From Auanema rhodensis (taxonomy: Eukaryota > Animalia > Nematoda), in contig OZ059894.1 of NCBI GenBank assembly GCA_964057225.1, positions 5,518,001 through 5,582,000 of the forward strand: DNA of 64,000 nt, in the 5' to 3' direction. The notes beneath the pieces were generated by a model. It was not told the origin of the DNA. It did no database searches and saw only the letters and a list, made by a program, of their open reading frames with translations. Position 1 is the first letter of the stretch. Each line of letters opens with the position of its first letter. Shown here piece after piece: positions 8,798-21,700 of this stretch. Both the position numbers and the translations under genes were made by a program.

Positions 8798-10054
8798 TCA
8801 AAAAAGAATCTTGGACTGGAACGAGGTTCTTCGCTCATAGTGGGTGAAGAAGGTTTTTTCTGAAGCCCAGTTAGCCGCCTTGAGGATGTCGCCTATAGGT
8901 AGACCTTGCGCTAGTGCCTTCGAGGTCACAGCCGAGCGTGTTGAGTGAGCTTTGAAGGTAGTGGGTATGCCCGCGCTGTGCAGGGTCTTTCTAATCCAAC
9001 CAGAAATGGTGGTGGGTTCCACTGCTGCTCCATTCTTTCTGTTAAGAAAGAGGCATCTGGTTCGGCGGAGTTCCATGGTTCGAGATAGGTATTCATTTAT
9101 GCAGTTAATAGGGCACAGGTTATTGCGTGTGGGGAAGTTCTCGAACTTCGCTTCATGCGGGGGTCCCTTAGATCTGTTTTTATTGCGTTTATTTATGAAG
9201 AAAGTTAACCCTTCTGCGTCGATACGCATGTGATCTAGGGAGAAAACGGCCAATTCGCTCACCCTCTTTGGAGAGCATAGGGCCAATAGAGTGGCTAGCT
9301 TGTGAGTGAGAGACTCTAGGCTGAGTTGGACGTTGGGGCCCAGCCTATCAAGGAAGTCCAAGACTTCGGAGGGGTCCCAGGTGTCTACGTACCTAGCCCC
9401 TGAAGGCTTCTCTCTGAACAAACCCCTCATGAGGCGGAGGAGCAGCACGTTCTCCTTTAGGGAGGGGGAGACCCCTAGGTGATCGGCCAATGCGGATATC
9501 GCTACCTTGTGTATGCGTACTGTGGAGAAGGCCTTAGTTTGAGCGAGAAATGATAGATAGTTAGCAACCGTTACTGGGTTGGGAGTAAAAGGTATCTTCT
9601 GCTTATTGCAGTAAGCTTTCCAGTTCTTGAGAGCACAGCCGTACTGTTTGCGTGTTCCTGGGGCCCAGGATTCGTTTAGGAGTCTCTTAGTCTCTGCTGT
9701 TACTCCCTCAAAGGAGTTTGTTAAATCTTCCACGCTGCTAATTGGAAATTCGGCGACTGCAGGAGAGGATGTGGGTTTCCTTCCCGGTCGGACAGCAGGT
9801 TCGGGTGTTGGAGCAGCAAGGGAGGCTCCTTGGATCTCTCTTGGAGTAGGGGAAACCACATTTGGCTCTTCCAGAATGGTGCTATCACTATAGCCGACCT
9901 CTGGGAGCTGGCGAGCTTTCCTAAGGTCTTGTGCAGGAGGTGGAAAGGTGGAAATACGTAAAGTAATCCGTCTGGCAGCTGCTGCCAATTGAACAAGAGT
10001 GCGTTCACTCCTAATGCGGCGCAATCTGGAAAGAAGGAGTAGAAAAGGGCGCAT
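8798..10054 (-). CDS. Tyrosine recombinase, copy 2
   Basis: Translation identical to copy 1. Confidence 0.95.
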   Translation of the reverse strand: MRPFLLLLSRLRRIRSERTLVQLAAAARRITLRISTFPPPAQDLRKARQLPEVGYSDSTILEEPNVVSPTPREIQGASLAAPTPEPAVRPGRKPTSSPAVAEFPISSVEDLTNSFEGVTAETKRLLNESWAPGTRKQYGCALKNWKAYCNKQKIPFTPNPVTVANYLSFLAQTKAFSTVRIHKVAISALADHLGVSPSLKENVLLLRLMRGLFREKPSGARYVDTWDPSEVLDFLDRLGPNVQLSLESLTHKLATLLALCSPKRVSELAVFSLDHMRIDAEGLTFFINKRNKNRSKGPPHEAKFENFPTRNNLCPINCINEYLSRTMELRRTRCLFLNRKNGAAVEPTTISGWIRKTLHSAGIPTTFKAHSTRSAVTSKALAQGLPIGDILKAANWASEKTFFTHYERRTSFQSKILF

Positions 10055-12543
10055 TTGGCGTTCCAAGTGGACGCGAACAGGTCTATTTTGGGTTCACCCC
10101 ATTTGGAAAATATTGATCTAGTGATCTCCGGATGGAGCGACCAGTCTTCCTTCAAAATTCTGCCGCGGGACAGGCAGTCGGCAGCCGTATTGATTTTTCC
10201 CGCTATATGCGATGCTCTGATTCTGAGCTTACGGGTATCGGCAAATTGCCATAACTCCAGTGCTAATCTAGTGCCCTTCTGGGATTGACTCCCGCCCCTA
10301 CGGTTGATGTAGGCAATGGCAGAAGTATTATCTAAGAGTAAGAGAACGTCGAGATTGCGCCAGGTCTTGCCGAACTCTGTTAGACCCTTCGTTGCTGCAA
10401 TCAGCTCCAGCCAGTTTATATGGTAGTTAATGCGTTCTGCCTCGGACCAAGATCCTGACAAGGTATTACCTTCCCACGAAGCGCCAAAACCCTCCAGGGA
10501 GGCATCTGAGGTAATGGAGTATCGGGGAGAAAAGGGCGTGAGCGAGGATACTTCTGATAGACGGGGAACGTCCTTGGTTCGAAGATCCTCCAGAATCTTT
10601 CTTAACGATCGATCTATTCTTATAATCTGAGGGAAGGCATTGGGATCATTTACGTTCGTAATTCCTTTAAGCCGTAGGTGGAAGTGCAGTTCACGGTTTC
10701 TGAAGGAGAGGTTAGGTGCTACCAGAGACGCAAAGTTCAATTTTCCCATTAGCGAGGCTAATGCTCTTATACTCAGCTCTGATTGAGCTGTTAAACGAGT
10801 GAGAGACTCGAGCAAACCGTTTTTCTTGGCCTTTGGGAGAGACCAGCTCATCGATCTTGAATTCAGCTGAATACCAAGAAATTCTATTTCTTGTGTGGGT
10901 ATCATAATTGATTTATCCCAGTTTATCGTAAAACCCGCGCGATCAAAAGTAATTAGAATCTCTGTTAGTTGGGACCTGAGACAATCAGGATCCTCCGAGA
11001 TGAACAGCCAGTCATCTAAGTAGTTGATGAGATTGATCCCTTTACCCCGAAAATGGGATACCAGAACACGCATTAGCTTATGGAATATGTAGGGGGCTGA
11101 GCTCAGCCCAAAAGGGAGTGCTCTAAATAGGAAAGTGCGCCCCTCTGCTGTGAAAGCTAGGAAGGGTTGATCCTTCGGATCGATACTAATCGCGTGGTAG
11201 GCTGAATGGAAATCGATTTTGATCATGAAATTATCCTGTCGTAGGAGCGACGGGATGTCCCGAAGGGATTCTAGCTTGAACTTGGGTACTCGGAGAAAAG
11301 TGTTCAGGCGCTTTAAATTGAGGATGAAACGGGCCGTGCCGTCCGCCTTGGGAACGTGGAAGGTCGGGGATATGAAAACCTTCTCCCTCGGGGCGGCCTC
11401 TCGAATGGCGCCAGTGTACAGCAGTTCCTGGATATCCGACCTGGGTTGCTCCGGCAAGGTAGAGCAGATGGGTGGCAGCGATAAAGGTGGAGGTGTGCGG
11501 GCAAAGGGGAGACTATAGCCCTGAACCGCGTTAAGGATCTCCTTGTCCCTGGAGATGGACGCCCAAAAGGTTGTGGTGGAGGATACCCGGCATGCGAAAG
11601 GAAAAGTGACTAACCTCTTTCTCTGGTTAGTAGCGAACGTTGAGAAGGTAGCTTGTCTCTTGGGGGCTGAGCGTGGCCGTTGGGCATCATTCCTGCGAGG
11701 AGTTGTTCTGGAGCTTCTGGACAGTTCGGAGTACGACGATAGTTCTGCTCTGAGCTTCTTGCCAAACAGTTCGGGTGCCGAATCCTCTGGAGCGTTGTCT
11801 ACCGGGATCACGGTTCCATAGATGGGGGACTTCTTGAAGCTAGGCATGGCTCGGTAGGGTTGAGAGATCTTCATCTTGGTTAGAGCACACTCTCGCAAGT
11901 TGGTGCAGTGGGTCTTGATGTTAGCGCTGAGGAAGCGCTCCACTATGGCAAAGTATGCCTCCTGTTTTGTTGACAGACGAGAGTCCCTATCTATCCTGCC
12001 CAGCTTGCGAATTATCTTGATGTTAGAAAGAACGATTAGATCATTCTCGTATGCCGTGCGTATCTCAGCTTCGGACAGACGGATAGTGGGCTTGATGTTA
12101 TTGTCCACGTGAGTAGTGTAGCGGTCGTCCAAGACCGGTAGTCGAGCGAACGGTGAGTCGATATTTGGGAGTTCCGAGATGAGCTCAGCTCTCTCGGTCG
12201 AGGACATGAGCAGTCCCGAGGCGAGTCTCTCGAAATCAGCAGTCTCGGAGGAAGATAGGCGAACGAGTGGCCTAGATCTGGGTCCGTGTGCCTCCGGTGG
12301 CATGGGGACCGTTTCGTCTTCGTCGTCCTCTGAATAGAGGTCCTCTTTCTCGGGCTGGTCCGAGTTCGGAGGTGGTGGGGAAGGAGCTTCTACCCTTCTC
12401 CTCTCGACGTGTTGACGGTCGGTGGAGATAGACGTTGGAGATGTTGAGCGTGACGATCTCGAAGAAGAAGAGCTGAAGGCTCGTACTCTTCTCGGAGAAG
12501 TTTCAGTCGGGGCTTGTCCCTGACGAGTGTGGCTTGGAGCCAT
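9721..12543 (-). CDS. Gag-like/RT/RNase H/MTase polyprotein, copy 2
   Basis: Translation identical to copy 1 (940 aa). Confidence 0.96.
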   Translation of the reverse strand: MAPSHTRQGQAPTETSPRRVRAFSSSSSRSSRSTSPTSISTDRQHVERRRVEAPSPPPPNSDQPEKEDLYSEDDEDETVPMPPEAHGPRSRPLVRLSSSETADFERLASGLLMSSTERAELISELPNIDSPFARLPVLDDRYTTHVDNNIKPTIRLSEAEIRTAYENDLIVLSNIKIIRKLGRIDRDSRLSTKQEAYFAIVERFLSANIKTHCTNLRECALTKMKISQPYRAMPSFKKSPIYGTVIPVDNAPEDSAPELFGKKLRAELSSYSELSRSSRTTPRRNDAQRPRSAPKRQATFSTFATNQRKRLVTFPFACRVSSTTTFWASISRDKEILNAVQGYSLPFARTPPPLSLPPICSTLPEQPRSDIQELLYTGAIREAAPREKVFISPTFHVPKADGTARFILNLKRLNTFLRVPKFKLESLRDIPSLLRQDNFMIKIDFHSAYHAISIDPKDQPFLAFTAEGRTFLFRALPFGLSSAPYIFHKLMRVLVSHFRGKGINLINYLDDWLFISEDPDCLRSQLTEILITFDRAGFTINWDKSIMIPTQEIEFLGIQLNSRSMSWSLPKAKKNGLLESLTRLTAQSELSIRALASLMGKLNFASLVAPNLSFRNRELHFHLRLKGITNVNDPNAFPQIIRIDRSLRKILEDLRTKDVPRLSEVSSLTPFSPRYSITSDASLEGFGASWEGNTLSGSWSEAERINYHINWLELIAATKGLTEFGKTWRNLDVLLLLDNTSAIAYINRRGGSQSQKGTRLALELWQFADTRKLRIRASHIAGKINTAADCLSRGRILKEDWSLHPEITRSIFSKWGEPKIDLFASTWNAKCALFYSFFPDCAALGVNALLFNWQQLPDGLLYVFPPFHLLHKTLGKLASSQRSAIVIAPFWKSQMWFPLLQERSKEPPLLLQHPNLLSDREGNPHPLLQSPNFQLAAWKI

Positions 12544-12721
12544 GGACGATCGTATGTGAGGCTCAACGAAAAAACTGAAATGAATAAGGACGATCGCTTA
12601 CTCTCACTGTTTCCCGCCCAAAGAAACGTGGGAAAGGGAACCTGAGAGATAATTTGAATTTTTTTTGTTTGTTTTATGTGAGGACCTATTACGAAATAAA
12701 GCATTTCGAATAAATATAATT

Positions 12722-15700
12722 TTTGTCAAAATGTTTTTGGAAGCAATGTTGAGTGTAATGGAAACTCAACATACACTAATGCATCATTTTTCAAACGATC
12801 ATAACTAATTTTTGTATTGGACGTTTCCCAATGTATTATAGTGTATTCGATGCGGATTTTTAAGCTGCGTCGATCTGTGTTATCAGATTTGCGCTAACTT
12901 AAAAATGCACCGAGATATCAACTGATATAGGTTCACACTTATATCTTCGATTTTCACCCTGAAGAATTAATTTTTTCGTTGAATAACATTGTCCATCGTC
13001 TTCGCCTCGAAAAAAAAATCTAAAAACATCTACTTTTTGTGAAATTATTCTGAAATTTTTCGTTAAAATTTTTGTCAAAATGTTTTTGGAAGCAATTTTG
13101 AGTGTAATGGAAACTCAACATACACTAATGCATCATTTTTCAAACAATCATAACTAATTTTTGTATTCAGCGTTTCTCAATAGAGTATAGTGCATTCGAT
13201 GCGGATTTTTAAGCTGCGTCGATCTGTGTTATCAGATTCGCGCTAGCTTAAAAATGCACCGAGATATCAACTGATATAGGTTCACACTTATATCTTCGAT
13301 TTTCACCCTGAAGAATTAATTTTTTCGTTGAATAACATTGTCCATCGTCTTCGCCTCGAAAAAAAAATCTAAAAACATCTACTTTTTGTGAAATTATTTT
13401 GAAATTTTTCGGGAAAATTTTTGTCAAAATGTTTTTGGAAGCAATGTTGAGTGTAATGGAAACTCAACATACACTAATGCATTATTTTTCAAACGATCAT
13501 AACTAATTTTTGTATTCAGCGTTTCTCAATGTCACATAGTGTATTCGATGCGGATTTTTAAGCTGCGTCGATCTGTGTTATCAGATTTGCGCTAACTTAA
13601 AAATGCACCGAGATATCAACTGATATAGGTTCACACTTATATCTTCGATTTTCACCCTGAAGAATTAATTTTTTCGTTGAATAACATTGTCCATCGTCTT
13701 CGCCTCGAAAAAAAAATCTAAAAACATCTACTTTTTGTGAAATTATTTTGAAATTTTTCGGGAAAATTTTTGTCAAAATGTTTTTGGAAGCAATGTTGAG
13801 TGTAATGGAAACTCAACATACACTAATGCATTATTTTTCAAACGATCATAACTAATTTTTGTATTCAGCGTTTCTCAATGTCACATAGTGTATTCGATGC
13901 GGATTTTTAAGCTGCGTCGATCTGTGTTATCAGATTTGCGCTAACTTAAAAATGCACCGAGATATCAACTGATATAGGTTCACACTTATATCTTCGATTT
14001 TCACCCTGAAGAATTAATTTTTTCGTTGAATAACATTGTCCATCGTCTTCGCTTTGAAAAAAAAATCTAAAAACATCTCCTTTTTGTGAAATTATCTGGA
14101 AATTTTTCGGGAAAATTTTTGTCAAAAAGTTTTTGGAAGCAATTTTGAGTGTACATGGAAACTCAACATTCACTTATGCATCATTTTTCAAACGATCATA
14201 ACTAATTTTTGTATTCAGCGTTTCTCAATGTCACATAGTGTATTCGATGCGGATTTTTAAGCTGCGTCGATCTGTGTTATCAGATTTGCGCTAACTTAAA
14301 AATGCACCGAGATATCAACTGATATAGGTTCACACTTATATCTTCGATTTTCACCCTGAAGAATTAATTTTTTCGTTGAATAACATTGTCCATCGTCTTC
14401 GCTTTGAAAAAAAAATCTAAAAACATCTCCTTTTTGTGAAATTATCTGGAAATTTTTCGGGAAAATTTTTGTCAAAAAGTTTTTGGAAGCAATTTTGAGT
14501 GTACATGGAAACTCAACATACACTTATGCATCATTTTTCAAACGATCATAACTAATTTTTGTATTCAGCGTTTCTCAATGTCACATAGTGTATTCGATGC
14601 GGATTTTTAAGCTGCGTCGATCTGTGTTATCAGATTTGCGCTAGCTTAAAAATGCACCGAGATATCAACTGATATAGGTTCACACTTATATCTTCGATTT
14701 TCACCCTGAAGAATTAATTTTTTCGTTGAATAACATTGTCCATCGTCTTCGCCTCGAAAAAAAAATCTAAAAACATCTACTTTTTGTGAAATTATCTGGA
14801 AATTTTTCGGGAAAATTTTTGTCAAAAAGTTTTTGGAAGCAATTTTGAGTGTACATGGAAACTCAACATTCACTTATGCATCATTTTTCAAACGATCATA
14901 ACTAATTTTTGTATTCAGCGTTTCTCAATGTCACATAGTGTATTCGATGCGGATTTTTAAGCTGCGTCGATCTGTGTTATCAGATTTGCGCTAGCTTAAA
15001 AATGCACCGAGATATCAACTGATATAGGTTCACACTTATATCTTCGATTTTCACCCTGAAGAATTAATTTTTTCGTTGAATAACATTGTCCATCGTCTTC
15101 GCCTCGAAAAAAAAATCTAAAAACATCTACTTTTTGTGAAATTATTCTGAAATTTTTCGTTAAAATTTTTGTCAAAATGTTTTTGGAAGCAATTTTGAGT
15201 GTAATGGAAACTCAACATACACTAATGCATCATTTTTCAAACAATCATAACTAATTTTTGTATTCAGCGTTTCTCAATAGAGTATAGTGCATTCGATGCG
15301 GATTTTTAAGCTGCGTCGATCTGTGTTATCAGATTCGCGCTAGCTTAAAAATGCACCGAGATATCAACTGATATAGGTTCACACTTATATCTTCGATTTT
15401 CACCCTGAAGAATTAATTTTTTCGTTGAATAACATTGTCCATCGTCTTCGCCTCGAAAAAAAAATCTAAAAACATCTACTTTTTGTGAAATTATTCTGAA
15501 ATTTTTCGTTAAAATTTTTGTCAAAATGTTTTTGGAAGCAATTTTGAGTGTAATGGAAACTCAACATACACTAATGCATCATTTTTCAAACGATCATAAC
15601 TGATTTTTGTATTGGACGTTTCCCAATGTATTATAGTGTATTCGATGCGGATTTTTAAGCTGCGTCGATCTGTGTTATCAGATTTGCGCTAACTTAAAAA

Positions 15701-18700
15701 TGCACCGAGATATCAACTGATATAGGTTCACACTTATATCTTCGATTTTCACCCTGCAAAATTAATTTTTTCGTTGAATAACATTGTCCATCGTCTTTGC
15801 CTTGAAAAAAGGAATCTAAAAACATCTACTTTTTGTAAAATTATCTGGAAATTTTTCGGGAAAATTTTTGTCAAAATGTTTTTGGAAGCAATGTTGAGTG
15901 TAATGGAAACTCAACATACACTAATGCATCATTTTTCAAACAATCATAACTAATTTTTATATTCAGCGTTTCTCAATGTCACATAGTGTATTCGATGCGG
16001 ATTTTTAAGCTGCGTCGATCTGTGTTATCAGATTTGCGCTAGCTTAAAAATGCACCGAGATATCAACTGATATAGGTTCACACTTATATCTTCGATTTTC
16101 ACCCTGAAGAATTAATTTTTTCGTTGAATAACATTGTCCATCGTCTTCACCTCGAAAAAAAAATCTAAAAACATCTACTTTTTGTGAAATTATTCTGAAA
16201 TTTTTCGTTAAAATTTTTGTCAAAATGTTTTTGGAAGCAATGTTGAGTGTAATGGAAACTCAACATACACTAATGCATCATTTTTCAAACAATCATAACT
16301 AATTTTTATATTCAGCGTTTCTCAATGTCACATAGTGTATTCGATGCGGATTTTTAAGCTGCGTCGATCTGTGTTATCAGATTTGCGCTAGCTTAAAAAT
16401 GCACCGAGATATCAACTGATATAGGTTCACACTTATATCTTCGATTTTCACCCTGAAGAATTAATTTTTTCGTTGAATAACATTGTCCATCGTCTTCGCC
16501 TCGAAAAAAAAATCTAAAAACATCTACTTTTTGTGAAATTATTCTGAAATTTTTCGGGAAAATTTTTGTCAAAAAGTTTTTGGAAGCAATTTTGAGTGTA
16601 CATGGAAACTCAACATTCACTTATGCATCATTTTTCAAACGATCATAACTAATTTTTGTATTCAGCGTTTCTCAATGTCACATAGTGTATTCGATGCGGA
16701 TTTTTAAGCTGCGTCGATCTGTGTTATCAGATTTGCGCTAACTTAAAAATGCACCGAGATATCAACTGATATAGGTTCACACTTATATCTTCGATTTTCA
16801 CCCTGAAGAATTAATTTTTTCGTTGAATAACATTGTCCATCGTCTTCGCTTTGAAAAAAAAATCTAAAAACATCTCCTTTTTGTGAAATTATCTGGAAAT
16901 TTTTCGGGAAAATTTTTGTCAAAAAGTTTTTGGAAGCAATTTTGAGTGTACATGGAAACTCAACATACACTTATGCATCATTTTTCAAACGATCATAACT
17001 AATTTTTGTATTCAGCGTTTCTCAATGTCACATAGTGTATTCGATGCGGATTTTTAAGCTGCGTCGATCTGTGTTATCAGATTTGCGCTAGCTTAAAAAT
17101 GCACCGAGATATCAACTGATATAGGTTCACACTTATATCTTCGATTTTCACCCTGAAGAATTAATTTTTTCGTTGAATAACATTGTCCATCGTCTTTGCC
17201 TTGAAAAAAGGAATCTAAAAACATCTACTTTTTGTAAAATTATCTGGAAATTTTTCGGGAAAATTTTTGTCAAAAAGTTTTTGGAAGCAATTTTGAGTGT
17301 ACATGGAAACTCAACATTCACTTATGCATCATTTTTCAAACGATCATAACTAATTTTTGTATTCAGCGTTTCTCAATGTCACATAGTGTATTCGATGCGG
17401 ATTTTTAAGCTGCGTCGATCTGTGTTATCAGATTTGCGCTAGCTTACAAATGCACCGAGATATCAACTGATATAGGTTCACACTTATATCTTCGATTTTC
17501 ACCCTGAAGAATTAATTTTTTCGTTGAATAACATTGTCCATCGTCTTCGCTTTGAAAAAAAAATCTAAAAACATCTCCTTTTTGTGAAATTATCTGGAAA
17601 TTTTTCGGGAAAATTTTTGTCAAAAAGTTTTTGGAAGCAATTTTGAGTGTACATGGAAACTCAACATACACTTATGCATCATTTTTCAAACGATCATAAC
17701 TAATTTTTGTATTCAGCGTTTCTCAATGTCACATAGTGTATTCGATGCGGATTTTTAAGCTGCGTCGATCTGTGTTATCAGATTTGCGCTAGCTTAAAAA
17801 TGCACCGAGATATCAACTGATATAGGTTCACACTTATATCTTCGATTTTCACCCTGAAGAATTAATTTTTTCGTTGAATAACATTGTCCATCGTCTTCGC
17901 CTCGAAAAAAAAATCTAAAAACATCTACTTTTTGTGAAATTATTCTGAAATTTTTCGTTAAAATTTTTGTCAAAATGTTTTTGGAAGCAATTTTGAGTGT
18001 AATGGAAACTCAACATACACTAATGCATCATTTTTCAAACGATCATAACTGATTTTTGTATTGGACGTTTCCCAATGTATTATAGTGTATTCGATGCGGA
18101 TTTTTAAGCTGCGTCGATCTGTGTTATCAGATTTGCGCTAACTTAAAAATGCACCGAGATATCAACTGATATAGGTTCACACTTATATCTTCGATTTTCA
18201 CCCTGCAAAATTAATTTTTTCGTTGAATAACATTGTCCATCGTCTTTGCCTTGAAAAAAGGAATCTAAAAACATCTACTTTTTGTAAAATTATCTGGAAA
18301 TTTTTCGGGAAAATTTTTGTCAAAATGTTTTTGGAAGCAATGTTGAGTGTAATGGAAACTCAACATACACTAATGCATCATTTTTCAAACAATCATAACT
18401 AATTTTTATATTCAGCGTTTCTCAATGTCACATAGTGTATTCGATGCGGATTTTTAAGCTGCGTCGATCTGTGTTATCAGATTTGCGCTAGCTTAAAAAT
18501 GCACCGAGATATCAACTGATATAGGTTCACACTTATATCTTCGATTTTCACCCTGAAGAATTAATTTTTTCGTTGAATAACATTGTCCATCGTCTTCGCC
18601 TCGAAAAAAAAATCTAAAAACATCTACTTTTTGTGAAATTATTTTGAAATTTTTCGTGAAAATTTTTGTCAAAATGTTTTTGGAAGCAATGTTGAGTGTA

Positions 18701-21700
18701 ATGGAAACTCAACATACACTAATGCATCATTTTTCAAACAATCATAACTAATTTTTATATTCAGCGTTTCTCAATGTCACATAGTGTATTCGATGCGGAT
18801 TTTTAAGCTGCGTCGATCTGTGTTATCAGATTTGCGCTAGCTTAAAAATGCACCGAGATATCAACTGATATAGGTTCACACTTATATCTTCGATTTTCAC
18901 CCTGAAGAATTAATTTTTTCGTTGAATAACATTGTCCATCGTCTTCACCTCGAAAAAAAAATCTAAAAACATCTACTTTTTGTGAAATTATTCTGAAATT
19001 TTTCGTTAAAATTTTTGTCAAAATGTTTTTGGAAGCAATTTTGAGTGTAATGGAAACTCAACATACACTAATGCATTATTTTTCAAACGATCATAACTAA
19101 TTTTTGTATTCAGCGTTTCTCAATGTCACATAGTGTATTCGATGCGGATTTTTAAGCTGCGTCGATCTGTGTTATCAGATTTGCGCTAACTTAAAAATGC
19201 ACCGAGATATCAACTGATATAGGTTCACACTTATATCTTCGATTTTCACCCTGCAAAATTAATTTTTTCGTTGAATAACATTGTCCATCGTCTTTGCCTT
19301 GAAAAAAGGAATCTAAAAACATCTACTTTTTGTAAAATTATCTGGAAATTTTTCGGGAAAATTTTTGTCAAAAAGTTTTTGGAAGCAATTTCGAGTGTAC
19401 ATGGAAACTCAACATACACTTATGCATCATTTTTCAAACAATCATAACTAATTTTTGTATTCAGCGTTTCTCAATGTCACATAGTGTATTCGATGCGGAT
19501 TTTTAAGCTGCGTCGATCTGTGTTATCAGATTTGCGCTAGCTTACAAATGCACCGAGATATCAACTGATATAGGTTCACACTTATATCTTCGATTTTCAC
19601 CCTGAAGAATTAATTTTTTCGTTGAATAACATTGTCCATCGTCTTCGCCTCGAAAAAAATATCTAAAAACATCTACTTTTTGTGAAATTATTTTGAAATT
19701 TTTCGGGAAAATTTTTGTCAAAATGTTTTTGGAAGCAATGTTGAGTGTAATGGAAACTCAACATACACTAATGCATCATTTTTCAAACGATCATAACTAA
19801 TTTTTGTATTCAGCGTTTCTCAATGTCACATAGTGTATTCGATGCGGATTTTTAAGCTGCGTCGATCTGTGTTATCAGATTTGCGCTAGCTTACAAATGC
19901 ACCGAGATATCAACTGATATAAGTTCACACTTATATCTTCGATTTTCACCCTGAAGAATTAATTTTTTCGTTGAATAACATTGTCCATCGTCTTCGCCTC
20001 GAAAAAAAAATCTAAAAACATCTACTTTTTGTGAAATTATTTTGAAATTTTTCGGGAAAATTTTTGTCAAAATGTTTTTGGAAGCAATGTTGAGTGTAAT
20101 GGAAACTCAACATACACTAATGCATCATTTTTCAAACAATCATAACTAATTTTTGTATTCAGCGTTTCTCAATAGAGTATAGTGCATTCGATGCGGATTT
20201 TTAAGCTGCGTCGATCTGTGTTATCAGATTTGCGCTAGCTTAAAAATGCACCGAGATATCAACTGATATAGGTTCACACTTATATCTTCGATTTTCACCC
20301 TGAAGAATTAATTTTTTCGTTGAATAACATTGTCCATCGTCTTCGCCTCGAAAAAAAAATCTAAAAACATCTACTTTTTGTGAAATTATTTTGAAATTTT
20401 TCGGGAAAATTTTTGTCAAAATGTTTTTGGAAGCAATGTTGAGTGTAATGGAAACTCAACATACACTAATGCATCATTTTTCAAACAATCATAACTAATT
20501 TTTGTATTCAGCGTTTCTCAATGTCACAGAGTGTATTCGATGCGGATTTTTAAGCTGCGTCGATCTGTGTTATCAGATTTGCGCTAACTTAAAAATGCAC
20601 CGAGATATCAACTGATATAGGTTCACACTTATATCTTCGATTTTCACCCTGAAGAATTAATTTTTTCGTTGAATAACATTGTCCATCGTCTTCGCCTCGA
20701 AAAAAAAATCTAAAAACATCTACTTTTTGTGAAATTATTTTGAAATTTTTCGGGAAAATTTTTGTCAAAATGTTTTTGGAAGCAATGTTGAGTGTAATGG
20801 AAACTCAACATACACTAATGCATCATTTTTCAAACAATCATAACTAATTTTTGTATTCAGCGTTTCTCAATGTCACAGAGTGTATTCGATGCGGATTTTT
20901 AAGCTGCGTCGATCTGTGTTATCAGATTTGCGCTAGCTTACAAATGCACCGAGATATCAACTGATATAGGTTCACACTTATATCTTCGATTTTCACCCTG
21001 AAGAATTAATTTTTTCGTTGAATAACATTGTCCATCGTCTTCGCCTCGAAAAAAAAATCTAAAAACATCTACTTTTTGTAAAATTATCTGGAAATTTTTC
21101 GGGAAAATTTTTGTCAAAAAGTTTTTGGAAGCAATTTCGAGTGTACTTGGAAACTCAACATACACTTATGCATCATTTTTCAAACAATCATAACTAATTT
21201 TTGTATTCAGCGTTTCTCAATGTCACATAGTGTATTCGATGCGGATTTTTAAGCTGCGTCGATCTGTGTTATCAGATTTGCGCTAGCTTACAAATGCACC
21301 GAGATATCAACTGATATAAGTTCACACTTATATCTTCGATTTTCACCCTGAAGAATTAATTTTTTCGTTGAATAACATTGTCCATCGTCTTCGCCTCGAA
21401 AAAAAAATCTAAAAACATCTACTTTTTGTGAAATTATTTTGAAATTTTTCGGGAAAATTTTTGTCAAAATGTTTTTGGAAGCAATGTTGAGTGTAATGGA
21501 AACTCAACATACACTAATGCATCATTTTTCAAACAATCATAACTAATTTTTGTATTCAGCGTTTCTCAATGTCACATAGTGTATTCGATGCGGATTTTTA
21601 AGCTGCGTCGATCTGTGTTATCAGATTTGCGCTAACTTAAAAATGCACCGAGATATCAACTGATATAGGTTCACACTTATATCTTCGATTTTCACCCTGA

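Larger units (their letters stand above)
8293..12721 (-). mobile_element. DIRS1-type retrotransposon, full length, copy 2
   Basis: Offset 8,265 bp from copy 1, with identical ORF translations, ITRs (8330-8476, 12575-12721), ICR (8723-8795) and the same AATT site in the monomer. Confidence 0.97.
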
